From: Mobula hypostoma
Lineage: Eukaryota
DNA length: 64,000 nucleotides
NCBI RefSeq assembly: GCF_963921235.1
Contig: NC_086097.1
Location: 199,704,001-199,768,000 of the forward strand
Direction: 5' to 3'
Below are positions 38,801 to 48,424 of the stretch, piece by piece (position 1 is the first letter of the stretch; every line of letters begins with the position of its first letter). A model generated the notes under the pieces. That model saw only the letters and a program-made list of their open reading frames with translations, did no database searches and was not told where the DNA came from. Position numbers and translations under genes: made by a program.

Positions 38801-39369
38801 AACCATCTGACAGGATCCACTATCTCCTTTCTTCCAGGGTTTCAAAATCATTCATGTACATCTCAAACAAAAGAAAATCTGCAGATGCTGGAAATCAAAG
38901 CAAAACGCCGAAGGAACTCACCAGCCAGGCAGCATCAATGGAAAAGGGTAAATAGTCGAGTAAAGAGCTGGGAAGTCGACTGGTGAAAGAGATAAAGGGC
39001 TGGAGAAGGGAGAATCTGATAGGAAAGGACAAAAGACCATGGAAGGGGTAGGAGCACCAGAGGGAGGTGGTGGGCAGGTAAGGAGATCAGGTGAGAGAGG
39101 GAAATAGGAATAGGGAATGGTGAAGGGGGGGGCAATTATTGGAAGTTTGACAAATCGATGTTCATGCCATTGGATTGGAGCCTACCCAGACAGAATACAA
39201 GCTATTGCTCCTTCAACTTGAGTGGGGCCTCATTGTCACAGTAGAGGAGACCATGGAGTGACATGTCAGAATAGGAATGAGAAGTAGAATTGTAATAGGT
39301 GGCCACTGGGACATCCTTCAGCCCTCATCTCTTTCACCAATTGACTTCCCAGCTCTTTACTTCACCTAC

Positions 39370-40117
39370 CCACACTCCCGGTTTCACCTATCACATACCC
39401 CTCCTCCCGGTTTCACCTATCACATACTACCCCCCCCCCAAGTTTCAACTATTACATACTACCCCACCTCCCGGTTTCACCTATCACATACTACCCCCCA
39501 CTCTCCCGGTTTCACCTGTCACATATTACTCCACCTCCCCTCCCAGTTTCACCTATTACACACTACCACCCCCCCAAACCGGGTTTCACCTATCACATAC
39601 TACCCCCCTCCCAGTTTCACCTGTCACATACTAACCCCCCTCCCAGTTTCAGCTATCGCATACTACCCCTCCTCCCGGTTTCACCTATCACATACTACCC
39701 CCCCCTCCCAGTTTCACCTATCACATACTACCCCCCCCTCAAGTTTCACCTATCACATATTACCCCCCCCTCCCGGTTTCACCTATCACATACTACCCCC
39801 CTCCCGGTTTCACCTATCACATACTACCCCTCTTCCTGGTTTCACCTATCACATACTACCCCTCCTCCCAGTTTCACCTATCACATGCTACCCCCCCCTC
39901 CGGGTTTCACCTATCACATACTACCCCCCTCCCAGTTTCACCTATCACATACTACCCCCCTCCCGATTTCACCTATCACATACTACCCTCCCCCCCAAGT
40001 TTCACCTATCACATACTACCCCCCGCCCCCAAATTTCACCTATCACATACTACCCCACCTCCTGGTTTCGCCTATCACATACTACCCCCCGTTCCCCGTT
40101 TCACCTATCACATACTA
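39370..40117. repeat. C-rich minisatellite, ~30-33-bp unit CC(G/A)GTTTCACCTATCACATACTAC(C)n, left block
   Basis: About two dozen units by eye; length varies in the C-run. Confidence 0.97.
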
Positions 40118-40701
40118 CAGCGGTCCCCAACCACCGGGCCGCGGACCGGTACCGGGCCGCAAAGCATGCACTACCAGGCCGCGAGGAAACAATATGATTT
40201 GGCAATAGGAGTCAGCTGCACCTTTCCTCTTTGCTTGTCACGCCCACTGTTGAGCCATTACTCATGCGAGGTCATTACCCGTGCGTCATCCATGTCAGCG
40301 CGGGAAGAAGATCAACTTCTCGAGCTTGCAAATGACGGCGGGCTGAAAAGTATGTTTGACATAACATCTCTGCTGGCATTCTGGATCAAAGTCAAGGCTA
40401 AATATCCTGAGATAGCCACGAAAGCACTGAAAACGTTTCTTCCATTTCCCACATACCTCTGCAATGAATGAATGGAACGAAAACCAAATTGCGTAATAGA
40501 CTGGACATAAGGAACCCCGTTCAAGTATTGCTGTCTCCCATAACCTCTCGATGGGACCATCTTGTTGCAGGGAAACAAGCATTCAGCCCAGGGCTCCCAC
40601 TGATTCAGCGATATTGGTGTGTTGCAATATGTTCATACGGGGAAAATATGTGCTGTGTATTTAATATCCAAACGTTACTTAAAATGTTATGATGCTATTG
40701 G

Positions 40702-41794
40702 TAAATGCTAGGTGGTAAATTGGATTAGACATTGGCTCAATGGAAGAAGCCAAAGAGTGGTAGTAGAGAATTGCTTCTCTGAGTGGAGGCCTGTGACTAG
40801 TGGTGTGCCACAGGGATCAGTGCTGGGTCCATTGTTATTTGTCATCTATATCAATGATCTGGATGATAATGTGGTAAATTGGATCAGCAAGTTTGCTGAT
40901 GATACAAAGATTGGAGGTGTAGTAGACAGTGAGGAAGGTTTTCAGAGCCTGCAGAGGGACTTGGACCAGCTGGAAAAATGGGCTAAAAAATGGCAGATGG
41001 AGCTTAATACTGACAAGCGTGAGGTATTGCACGTTGGAAGGACAAACCAACGTAGAACATACAGGGTTAATGGTAAGGCACTGAGGAGTGCAGTGGAACA
41101 GAGGGATCTGGGAATACAGATACAAAATTCCCTAAAAGTGGCGTCACAGGTAGATAGGGTCATAAAGAGAGCTTTTGGTACATTGGCCTTTATTAATCAA
41201 AGTATTGAGTATAGGAGCTGGAATGTTATGATGAGGTTGTATAAGGCATTGGTGAGGCCGAATCTGGAGTATTGTGTTCAGTTTTGGTCACCAAATTACA
41301 GGAAGGATATAAATAAGGTTGAAAGAGTGCAGAGAAGGTTTACAAGGATGTTGCCGGGACTTGAGAAACTCAGTTACAGAGAAAGGTTGAATAGGTTAGG
41401 GCTTTATTCCCTGGAGCGTAGAAGAATGAGGGGATATTTGATAGAGGTATATAAAATTATGATGGGTATAGATAGAGTGAATGCAAGCAGGCTTTTTCCA
41501 CTGAGGCAAGGGGAGAGAAAAAACAGAGGACATGGGTTTAGGGTGAGGGGGGAAAAGTTTAAAGGGAACATTAGGGGGGACTTCTTCATGCAGAGAGTGG
41601 TGGGAGTATGGAATGAGCTGCCAGACGAGGTGGTAAATGCGGGTTCTTTTTTAACATTTTAGAATAAATTGGACAGATACATGGATGGGAGGTGTATGGA
41701 GGGATATGGTCCGTGTGCAGGTCAGTGGGACTAGGCAGAAAATGGTTCGGCACAGCCAAGAAGGGCCAAAAGGCCTGTTTCTGTGCTGTAGTTT
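40702..41794 (+). mobile_element. Young 5'-truncated CR1 inserted in the hAT
   Basis: Open ORF 40712-41662; TSD ctattgg at 40695-40701 and 41795-41801; near-identical to 57467-58600. Confidence 0.95.
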
Positions 41795-41807
41795 CTATTG
41801 GCTTACT

Positions 41808-42010
41808 TATATAACCATATAACAATTACAGCACGGAAACAGGCCATCTCTGCCCTTCTAGTCCGTGCCAAACACTACTCTCACCTAGTCCCACCGATCT
41901 GCACTCAGCCCATAACCCTCCATTCCTTTTTTGTCCGTATACCTATCCAATTTTCCTTTAAATAATATCGAACCTGCCTCTACCACTTCTACTGGAAGTT
42001 CGTTCAACAC
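41808..42010 (-). mobile_element. CR1 3'-end fragment inside the hAT
   Basis: Minus strand NELPVEVVEAGS..FKGKLDRY plus 3' UTR and (gttatatg)n tail. Confidence 0.8.
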
Positions 42011-42407
42011 TTACTGTTGTTCAAGCTCCCCTGTCCTTCCCTGATAATTGACTTATCATTGTATTCATGCGAGGAAAATATGCGCTGTGCGTTTAATATT
42101 AAATTCGTTAGATAAACCCTTTTAGAAACGAGATTGAGTGTATTAGGCACTTATCACCTATATTCCGGTCATGATTAACATCCCCCCCCCAACAGAATCA
42201 CCAAAATCAGTTTGTAGAAAACATCTGCACGTACACGCATACGCAAAGCACGCATGCGCACTGGTGCCCTCTCAAGGATTCATGGTCATTGTAGTCTCGC
42301 TGTGTAAACAGCGTATTGGCTCTTCTCTTGTCCGTTGGCAACCCTACCCCCCCTCCCCCTGTCAATATGAAACCGGTCCGCAGTACAAAAAAGGTTGGGG
42401 ACCCCTG

Positions 42408-42750
42408 ACATACTACCCCCCCTCCCAGTTTCACCTATCACATGCTACCCCCCCTCCTGGTTTCACCTATCACATACTACCCCCCCTCCCAGTTTCACCT
42501 ATCACATACTACCCCCCCCTCCCGGTTTCACCTATCACATACTACCCCCCACCTCCCGGTTTCACCTTTCACATACTACGCCCCCTCCCGGTTTCACCTA
42601 TCACATACTACCCCCCTCCCAGTTTCACCTATCACATACTACCCCCACCCCCGTTTCACCTACCACATACTACCTCACCTTCCAGTTTCACTTATCACAT
42701 ACTACCTTGCACTTCTTCCTCCCCTCACCTATCACATACTACCTTGCACT
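42408..42750. repeat. Right block of the same minisatellite
   Basis: About ten units, grading into the ordinary PLE 3' UTR. Confidence 0.95.
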
Positions 42751-42893
42751 TCTTCCTCCCCCTCTCCCACCTTCTTACTCTGACCTCTCATCTCTTTTTC
42801 CAGACCTAATGAAGGGTTTCAGCCCAAAGTGTTGGCTGTTTACACTTTCCTATCTATGCTGACTGTCCTGCTGAGTTCCTCCAGCATTTTGTG

Positions 42894-42988
42894 TGTATTA
42901 CGATTCACCTGGCTGGCCGGTGGATTAGGGTGTACTCTGTATTACGATTCACCTGGCTGACTGGTGGATAAGGGTGTACTCTGTATTA
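42894..42988. repeat. 44-bp tandem duplication
   Basis: tgtattacgattcacctggctg..agggtgtactc occurs twice. Confidence 0.95.
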
Positions 42989-43097
42989 GGATACAGACAT
43001 TTCTACAAGGGCAAGATGAAAGGACTTGGTTTAAGCAAATGGAACATGCTGGGACAGCACCGCTGATCCTTCACACCAAACCTATGAGCTTCTGAAA
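42953..43097 (-). other. Candidate early exon of a divergent minus-strand transcript
   Basis: Acceptor gttttccc(t)8aag| and donor CAG|gtgaat; adjacent to the promoter. Confidence 0.3.
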
Positions 43098-43140
43098 CTT
43101 AAAAAAAAGGGAAAACAATTTAGCAAAAGGCCCCAAACCC

Positions 43141-43245
43141 TCCAGATGAAGGATCTCGGCCCGAAACGTCGACTCTTTATTTCTTTCCATAGATGCTGCC
43201 TGACCTGCTGAGTTTTGCTGACGTTACTCTGGATTTCCAGCAGCT
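43141..43245 (+). mobile_element. Short PLE pLTR remnant with hammerhead motif (43141-43174)
   Basis: cAGATGA-aggatctcggccc-GAAACGTCGAC, then gatgctgcctgacctgctgag and ggatttccagca. Confidence 0.8.
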
Positions 43246-43269
43246 ACTGTTTCACGTTTCCAAAACACT

Positions 43270-43720
43270 CCTTCTTGCTTTGCCCCGCCCATCTGTGACG
43301 GTGACAGGAACTTCCCTGTTGATTGCCGGAAGTATTTTCCCCATCAGTCCGAAATCCGCTGCAAGGTATTTTAAAGCGATTAGAAAGATGAAGATTAATA
43401 AAACGGCGGGGTTTCAGGAGGTAAAAGGAACGGACGAAAGGGGGTGGGCGGCGGCGGTTGCGTGAACAACGAAAATCCGGTTCCTAGATGAGGTTCAGGG
43501 TGACATAGCGTCTCCGGGTTTCAGGCCCCGGTAATGGGGCAGCTGGTTTTCACCGCTGATGGGGCAGAGGGTTGTCTGCCTTACTGACCACCCCGCACCC
43601 CAACCGTCTGTGCCATTGATGTGGCGGGAGGGGTGTGTTCTGCATTACGGACTCCTACTTAGCTGGATGGGGCGGGGGTTATTCCTGTTACTCGCAGGAG
43701 TTGTCTACAATGTCTCTGGC
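43270..43720. promoter_or_regulatory. CpG-rich housekeeping-type promoter / first-exon region, possibly bidirectional
   Basis: Local CpG enrichment in non-repeat DNA; GC box ccccgccc 43283-43290, TGACG 43296-43300, ETS CCGGAAGT 43326-43333; plus-strand donors AAG|gtattt (43365) and GAG|gtaaaa (43420). Confidence 0.7.
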
Positions 43721-43788
43721 GAGAAACGCCAGTGTTGATGCAATTGCCCCTTCTATCCTTGGAGGAAAAGCACTTGTGTCCGCTAACT

Positions 43789-43883
43789 GAGGCTTGCGGT
43801 CACTGAGGGGGATGAAAGCCGAGGCTTGTAGTCACTGAGGGGGATGAAAGCCGAAGCTTGCGGTCACTGAGGGGGATGAAAGC
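43789..43883. repeat. 32-bp tandem repeat, three copies
   Basis: gaggcttgcggtcactgagggggatgaaagcc x3. Confidence 0.95.
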
Positions 43884-43951
43884 TGGGCAAGAGTTGAATT
43901 GGTTTGCGTACGATGCTAGTCCTGATCATGTTTGACTCCTTTATGTTGCAG

Positions 43952-44033
43952 GTGTTGAAATGATTTATTAGGTACATCGAGTAAGTCTAGTTCGACAGGA
44001 TTATATGATTGTCGAGACCCAAGATGCCAGCAG
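43952..44033 (+). other. Probable second exon of an unidentified plus-strand gene, possibly containing the start codon
   Basis: Acceptor ctcctttatgttgcag|; donors CGA|gtaagt (43980) or CAG|gtaaag (44033); ATG at 44024 (aagATGc, MPA) or 44005 (MIVETQDAS). No downstream coding exon recognised. Confidence 0.55.
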
Positions 44034-44809
44034 GTAAAGACTAGAGTAACCTATGCAAGAGGAAAAAATATTTACACACTTCTCCATAGTCTCTTGTGAA
44101 ACTTTATTTGTGAGTGATAAATGGTTGGTCTGTGATGCTTTAGTAGAAAGACACTTTGTAAGCCAGGCTTGCAATCTTCTGTTATCTTATGAACTGTGCT
44201 AATGCTGTTGAAAGTTAATAAGTGTTTTTGTTAAAAAAATATAATTTGTAATATTTGCTTTTAAGTAGATGAGAGAATTTGTTGTTGCTCCTTTCCTGTA
44301 TAAGTTGATGTGGCTGGTTAACTTTATTCAAGATTGTTGGGAGAAAAGTGAGTTTTGTAGGATCAGATTCAGCAAAATGTTTAGTTTTTATTTGTGATAG
44401 CATTCTTTGATTTTTAAAAAATGTGCTATTATTGTAAGTATTTTTGTGACTGTTTTAAACCTCTTTAAAATAGTCACTTGTAGTTTAAGTTATATGAAAT
44501 GAAGTTGCTTTGTATTGTACATGTAAAGATATGATAAGGAGTAGCAGCCTGGTAGATATTTCATACGTAGAAGTTTATATGTTGTTGTTTTTAAAAGTGA
44601 TATGCCCCTCTTACCATGTTTGTCATAACTTAATATTTTAAAATGGTTTAAACTTACCTTGACATACTACCAAGACATATTAGTTGTGTAAATATGTAGG
44701 GACATGAGAAAGCAGATGCTGTAATCAGAAACAAATAAAAAAACTGCCAGAGGAACTGCATCTGTGGAAGCAGAGAGACTGCAGGAGTTTTGTGTTGAGA
44801 CGATTTACA

Positions 44810-45135
44810 GATTCAAAGATTCAAAAAACTTTATTGTCATTCTAACCGTACATCAGCTCTGCAGGGCAGAATGAGACAGCGTTTCCCAGGAGCAGTGCAA
44901 TCATAACATAACAAACGCAGCACTAAATAATAAACATAACAATAAATAGTAAAACACAACAGCCGCATGTCAGTTAAAATCAAGTTATAAGTGCCCAGTG
45001 CAAGTTAAAAGTGTCCAAAGCAGAGTCAGGTGGAGCAGCTATTTAGCAGTCTGACTGCCTGTGGGAGGAAGCTGTTCAGTAGCCTTGTGGTTTTAGTTTT
45101 GATGCTCCTGTAACATTTGTCTGCTAGCAGAAGAA
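44810..45135 (-). mobile_element. Rex1-type 3' end inserted in an old PLE pLTR remnant (~44705-45170)
   Basis: RSIKTKTTRLLNSFLPQAVRLLN on the minus strand; (tttgaatc)n tail. Confidence 0.7.
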
Positions 45136-45239
45136 GATGCTGCCTGACCTGAGTTTCTCCAGCTAGTTGTTTCTTTTATATGAGTTTGACATTTTCTGTT
45201 ATTTGATACTTCAGTCATGTATATGATGCTAATACTTCC

Positions 45240-45535
45240 ACCACCCTCTTCTCATTATTACCATCAGGAAGGAGGTACAGGTGCCAGAAGGCGCACACAC
45301 AGTGATTCAGGAACAGCTTCTTCCCCTCTGCCTTCTGATTTCTAAATGGACTTTGAACCCAGAACACTACTTCAATAGTTTTTTTTACGTTTTCTGTTTT
45401 TGCACTACTTATTTTAACTATTTAAGACGCAGAGTTACAATTACTGTAATTCCTTTTTTCCATACTTTATCATATTGCATTGTACTGCCACAAATTTAAC
45501 AATATGTCAGTGGTATTAAACCCGATTCTGATTCA
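45240..45535 (+). mobile_element. Rex1/Babar 3' end
   Basis: Homologous to 37840-38140; tail gattctgattc. Confidence 0.75.
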
Positions 45536-46766
45536 GAGCATTTTCAAAATTAGTTACAATAGTATGTTTGGTGCTTAACCTAAAATTTAATCTAGGATAA
45601 AATAACCAGCCTGTATAAATTTTGTAGGATTTATTACTATGCAATCAAAGAATAAACTTCAAAAAGATAATTCTTACTTCAAAGGAAAAGTAACTTTCAA
45701 TTATTTTAGGATTCTGTTTGTTCTGTAATTGTCTTCTTGCTTTATTTTGGCCTGATTAATTTAGAATGTGATTTAGTTTTATGAATTGATGTTTCACTAC
45801 AAATTTTAAAGCAAATGTGTTCATTTTTCAGGATGTGGGCATTCCTGAGTAGTTATTATCCATCAAGAAGGCAGAAAGCTACCTTCTTTTGAAGGTGTTA
45901 CAAAGATGTTCTTGGGTGGGAAGATCTACGTTTTTGACCCATCAATTATAAAGGAACATTGGGAAGCTGTGCAACATGGAAGGAAGCCTGCAAAATGCTG
46001 GTACTCCTGTGCACCTACCGCCTCTGTTCTCCAGAATGGAGAAGGCCGGGTTAGAGGGTAGTGTTGAAATATCTACACAAGTAATTGCTGTGCACTTCGT
46101 TGTCCACAACAGTCTCTGGGTTCCAGTGTTGAAGGAATGAAGCTGGTGGATGGGATGGCATTCAAGTGAGCTGGTTTGCCATTTCATTGCCTTCCTTCCT
46201 GGTTAATGCCGTGCTGATCTAAGCAGGAGGAAAGCATCATGCAATTGGCATGTGAGAAAATGAGTTATTTGCTGCAGTTTACCAAGCTTCTAATCTGATC
46301 TTGTAGTCACACTATTTAAATGGTTTTTCAGTTGCTTTTTTTTTAAGAACTTAGTGATGAGAGGAATCTTCTCTGCTTTTATGATGAGAAGGTCATTGCT
46401 GAACGTGGTTGAGCTAATGACACTGTGCTGAAGAACACCTACATTGATATGCAGATAGTATGATTGTCTTCCATCAACCACACCATTTTCCTTTGTGTGA
46501 AAGATGACTCCAACAATTAGTAATAGGCAAATCATTTGTACTAAGCTGCTTGATGTCACATTTCAGCAATTGCTGACAATGTCAAAAGCAGACACTGATT
46601 CCCTGAATTTCAGCTCTTTGGTCGACATTGGTCCAAGTTGGTGATTGTATCTGGAACAGAGAAGATGTTGCACAACCCAAATGGGGGCATCGGTGGACAT
46701 GTTATTGAAAGCACTGTTGATGATACCTTCCATTACTTTGAAGATTAAAAGCAGCCTGGTTAGTTG

Positions 46767-48332
46767 CCTGCCTTTTTGTTGGCTTTGTGGAACAATCTAT
46801 GTTCCGTGCTTATTCTGGTATCTGTCCCCCACTTTTCCTTCACTACATCGACGACTGCATTGGCGCTGCTTCCTGCACGCATGCTGAGCTCGTTGACTTT
46901 ATTAACTTTGCCTTCAACTTTCATCCTGCCCTCAAGTTTACCTGGTCCATTTCCAACACAGCCCTCCCCTTTCTAGATCTTTCTGTCTCTGTCTCTGGAG
47001 ACAGCTTATCCACTGATGTCTACTATAAGCCTACTGACTCTCACAGCTATCTGGACTATTCCTCTTCTCACCCTGTCTCTTGCAAAAATGCCATCCCCTC
47101 CTCGCAATTCCTCCATCTCCGCCGCATCTGCTCTCAGGATGAGGCTTTTCATTCTAGGACGAGGGAGATGTCTTCCTGTTTTAAAGAAAGGGGCTTCCCT
47201 TCCTCCACCATCAACTCTGCTCTTAAACGCATCTCCCCCATTTCACGTACATCTGCTCTCACTCCATCCTCCCACCACCCCACTAGGAATAGGGTTCCCC
47301 TGGTCCTCACCTACGACCCCACCAGCCTCCGGGCCCAACATATTATTGTCCGTAACTTCCGCCACCTCCAACGGGATCCCACCACTAAGCACATCTTTCC
47401 CTCCCTCCCCCCCCCCCTGCTTTCCGCAAAAATCGCTCCCTACGCGACTCCCTTGTCCATTCGTCCGCCCCATCCCTCCCCACTGATCTCCCTCCTGGCA
47501 CTTATCCTTGTAAGCGGAACAAGTGCTACACATGCCCTAATACTTCCTCCCTTACCACCATTCAGGGCCCCAGACAGTCCTTCCAGGTGAGGCGACACTT
47601 CACCTGTGAGTCGGCTGGGTTGATATACTGCGTCCGGTGCTCCTGATGTGGCCTTCTATATATTGGCGAGACCCGACGCAGACTGGGAGACCGCTTTGCT
47701 GAACACCTACACTCTGTCCACCAGAGAAAGCAGGATCTCCCAGTGGCCAAACATTTTAATTCCACATCCCATTCCGACATGTCTATCCACGGCCTCCTCT
47801 ACTGTAAAGATGAAGCCACACTCAGGTTGGAGGAACAACACCTTATATTCCGTCTGGGTAGCCTCCAACCTGATGGCATGAACATCGACTTCTCTAACTT
47901 CCGCTAAGGCCCCACCTCCCCCTCGTACCCCATCCGTTATTTATTTTTATACACACATTCTTTCTCTCACTCTCCTTTTTCTCCCTCTGTCCCTCTGACT
48001 TATACCCCTTGCCCATCCTCTGGGTCCCCCCCCCTTGTCTTTCTCCCTGGGCCTCCTGCCCCATGATCCTCTCATATCCCCTTTGCCAATCACCTGTCCA
48101 GCTCTTGGCTCCATCCCTCCCCCTCCTGTCTTCTCCTATCATTTTGGATCTCCTCCTCCCCCTCCCACTTTCAAATCTCTTACTAACTCTTCCTTCAGTT
48201 AGTCCTGACGAAGGGTCTCGGCCTGAATCGTCGACTGTACCTCTTCCTAGAGATGCTACCTGGCCTGCTGCGTTCACCAGCAACTTTGATGTGTGTTGCT
48301 TGAATTTCCAGCATCTGCAGAATTCCTGTTGT
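46767..48332 (+). mobile_element. 5'-truncated Penelope-like element (RT C-half, GIY-YIG, pLTR)
   Basis: FLHYIDDC, LPFLDL, VYYKPTDSHSYL, GLIYCVRCS*CGLLYIGET; 11-bp TSD ctggttagttg at 46756-46766 and 48333-48343. Confidence 0.95.
48201..48237 (+). ncRNA. Minimal hammerhead ribozyme motif (one core substitution)
   Basis: AGTC-CTGACGA-agggtctcggcct-GAAT-CGTC-GACT. Confidence 0.65.
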
Positions 48333-48424
48333 CTGGTTAGTTGGTAATTAGCTGTGTTCTGACCCTGATTTTTGTGAACAAGCCATTTGTGGATATATAT
48401 TTCTGAAAGATGCTACTTTTGTGA

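Larger units (their letters stand above)
40118..42407 (+). mobile_element. Non-autonomous hAT (Charlie/MER1/Buster-like) DNA transposon
   Basis: TIRs cagcggtccccaacc / ggttggggacccctg; 8-bp TSD acatacta (40110-40117, 42408-42415; nnnTAnnn); transposase C-terminal remnant EEDQLLELANDG..FWIKVKAKYPEIATKALKTFLPFPTYLC..TKTKLRNRLD. Confidence 0.92.
38862..42899. mobile_element. PLE with inverted architecture (minus arm 38862-39312, plus arm 39313-42899); the plus-arm 3' UTR is expanded into a minisatellite
   Basis: Tail aaaatctgcagatgctggaaatc at the left end; GIY-YIG end at ~39135-39312; plus arm ends gagttcctccagcattttgtgtgt with a decayed hammerhead at 42801-42838. Confidence 0.8.

Noticed and set aside
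39277..40208. 306-aa and overlapping Pro/His/Thr-rich ORFs (also 42171-42862)
   Set aside because: Translation of the stop-free minisatellite; all three plus frames give the same periodic peptides.
39370..42750. CRISPR-like regular repeats
   Set aside because: Head-to-tail units without unique spacers, no cas genes, eukaryotic context.
43789..43883. 32-bp repeat containing CTGA...GAAA as a possible hammerhead
   Set aside because: CTGAGGG does not fit CUGANGA and no stems I-III form.
45831..45900. Plus-strand acceptor tttttcag| as the next exon after 44033
   Set aside because: Immediate stop in the MPA frame, and the sequence looks like the end of an old repeat; candidates at ~53507 and ~61292 also stop quickly in that frame.
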